A DNA stretch of 50,598 bases, from contig CBINNP010000001.1 of NCBI GenBank assembly GCA_966252075.1, forward strand, positions 1-50,598. Direction: 5' to 3'. Positions 49,607 through 50,598 of the stretch are shown here, piece after piece. Source of the DNA: an uncultured Solimonas sp. GTDB lineage: Bacteria; Pseudomonadota; Gammaproteobacteria; Nevskiales; Nevskiaceae. The notes under the pieces are model-generated. The model saw nothing but the letters and a program-made list of their open reading frames with translations. It did no database searches and was not told the origin of the DNA. Numbering within the stretch: the first letter of the stretch is position 1; each line of letters starts with the position of its first letter. The position numbers and the translations under genes are program-made.

Positions 49607-50032
49607 TCAGTGAGCGCCCGAGCCGCCCTTGATCTTCTTGACGAACTCCAGGCGCGCCGCCGCCTCGATCAACTCCGCCTGCGCACGCGCGAGGTCGATG
49701 TCGGCCTTGGCGCCGGCAAGCTTCTCTTCCGCCGCCTGCTTGGCCGCGAGCGCGGCAGCCTCGTCGGCATCCTTGGCGCGCATCGCGGTGTCGGCGAGGA
49801 CCGTGACCAGATACGGCTGGATCTCGAGGATGCCGCCGCCGACGAAGAACGGCAGCTCCTGCCCGTCCGGCGTCTTGACGCGAACGGTGCCCGGCTTGAG
49901 ACGCGTCAGCAGCGGGGCGTGACGCGGCGCGATGCCGACCTCGCCCATTTCCGCCGGCGCAAACACCATGGTCGCTTCACCGGAGTGAATCGCACCTTCG
50001 GCGCTGACGATGTCGATGTGGATGTTGGCCAT
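49607..50032 (-). CDS. atpC: ATP synthase epsilon subunit
   Basis: DIVSAE, GEVGI.PRHAPLLT.LKPG, GGILEIQP..VTVLAD. Confidence 0.97.
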   Translation of the reverse strand: MANIHIDIVSAEGAIHSGEATMVFAPAEMGEVGIAPRHAPLLTRLKPGTVRVKTPDGQELPFFVGGGILEIQPYLVTVLADTAMRAKDADEAAALAAKQAAEEKLAGAKADIDLARAQAELIEAAARLEFVKKIKGGSGAH

Positions 50033-50050
50033 ATGGGCTCTCCAGCTCGA

Positions 50051-50598
<548 letters not shown>

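Overview
GC-rich proteobacterial chromosome segment (probably a gammaproteobacterium, inferred from gene order). The core scaffold is bioB-bioF-bioD with divergent comF and a clear BirA operator, ubiA, rpoZ-spoT-ridA-recG, glmS, glmU and atpC/atpD. Accessory blocks interrupt it: (1) a Rieske oxygenase/small protein/SDR/SnoaL operon; (2) a periplasmic binding protein + porin + hybrid kinase module with a divergent REC-EAL gene; (3) about 19 kb between rpoZ and glmS holding MarR/MalT-like regulators, a catalytically degenerate 2H protein, an orphan TAXI protein, a MerR/methyltransferase pair, GST, a eukaryote-like SMYD-type SET protein, and a type I R-M locus (hsdR-hsdS-fic-hsdM-DUF6933-like) next to an orphan PrlF-like antitoxin; (4) a molybdoenzyme operon splitting glmU from glmS, whose mocA has one in-frame TAG; (5) a carbonic anhydrase-SulP operon preceded by an exported ORF ending in LLRPP (candidate ribosome-arrest leader). 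The best novelty candidates are the RPP leader/can-sulP system, the R-M/Fic locus with its 28-bp palindrome, the SMYD-like SET protein, and a SpoT carrying a RelA-type EXDD motif. No tRNA, rRNA, CRISPR array, integrase or transposase was seen. All family calls come from motif recognition by eye; no searches were run.
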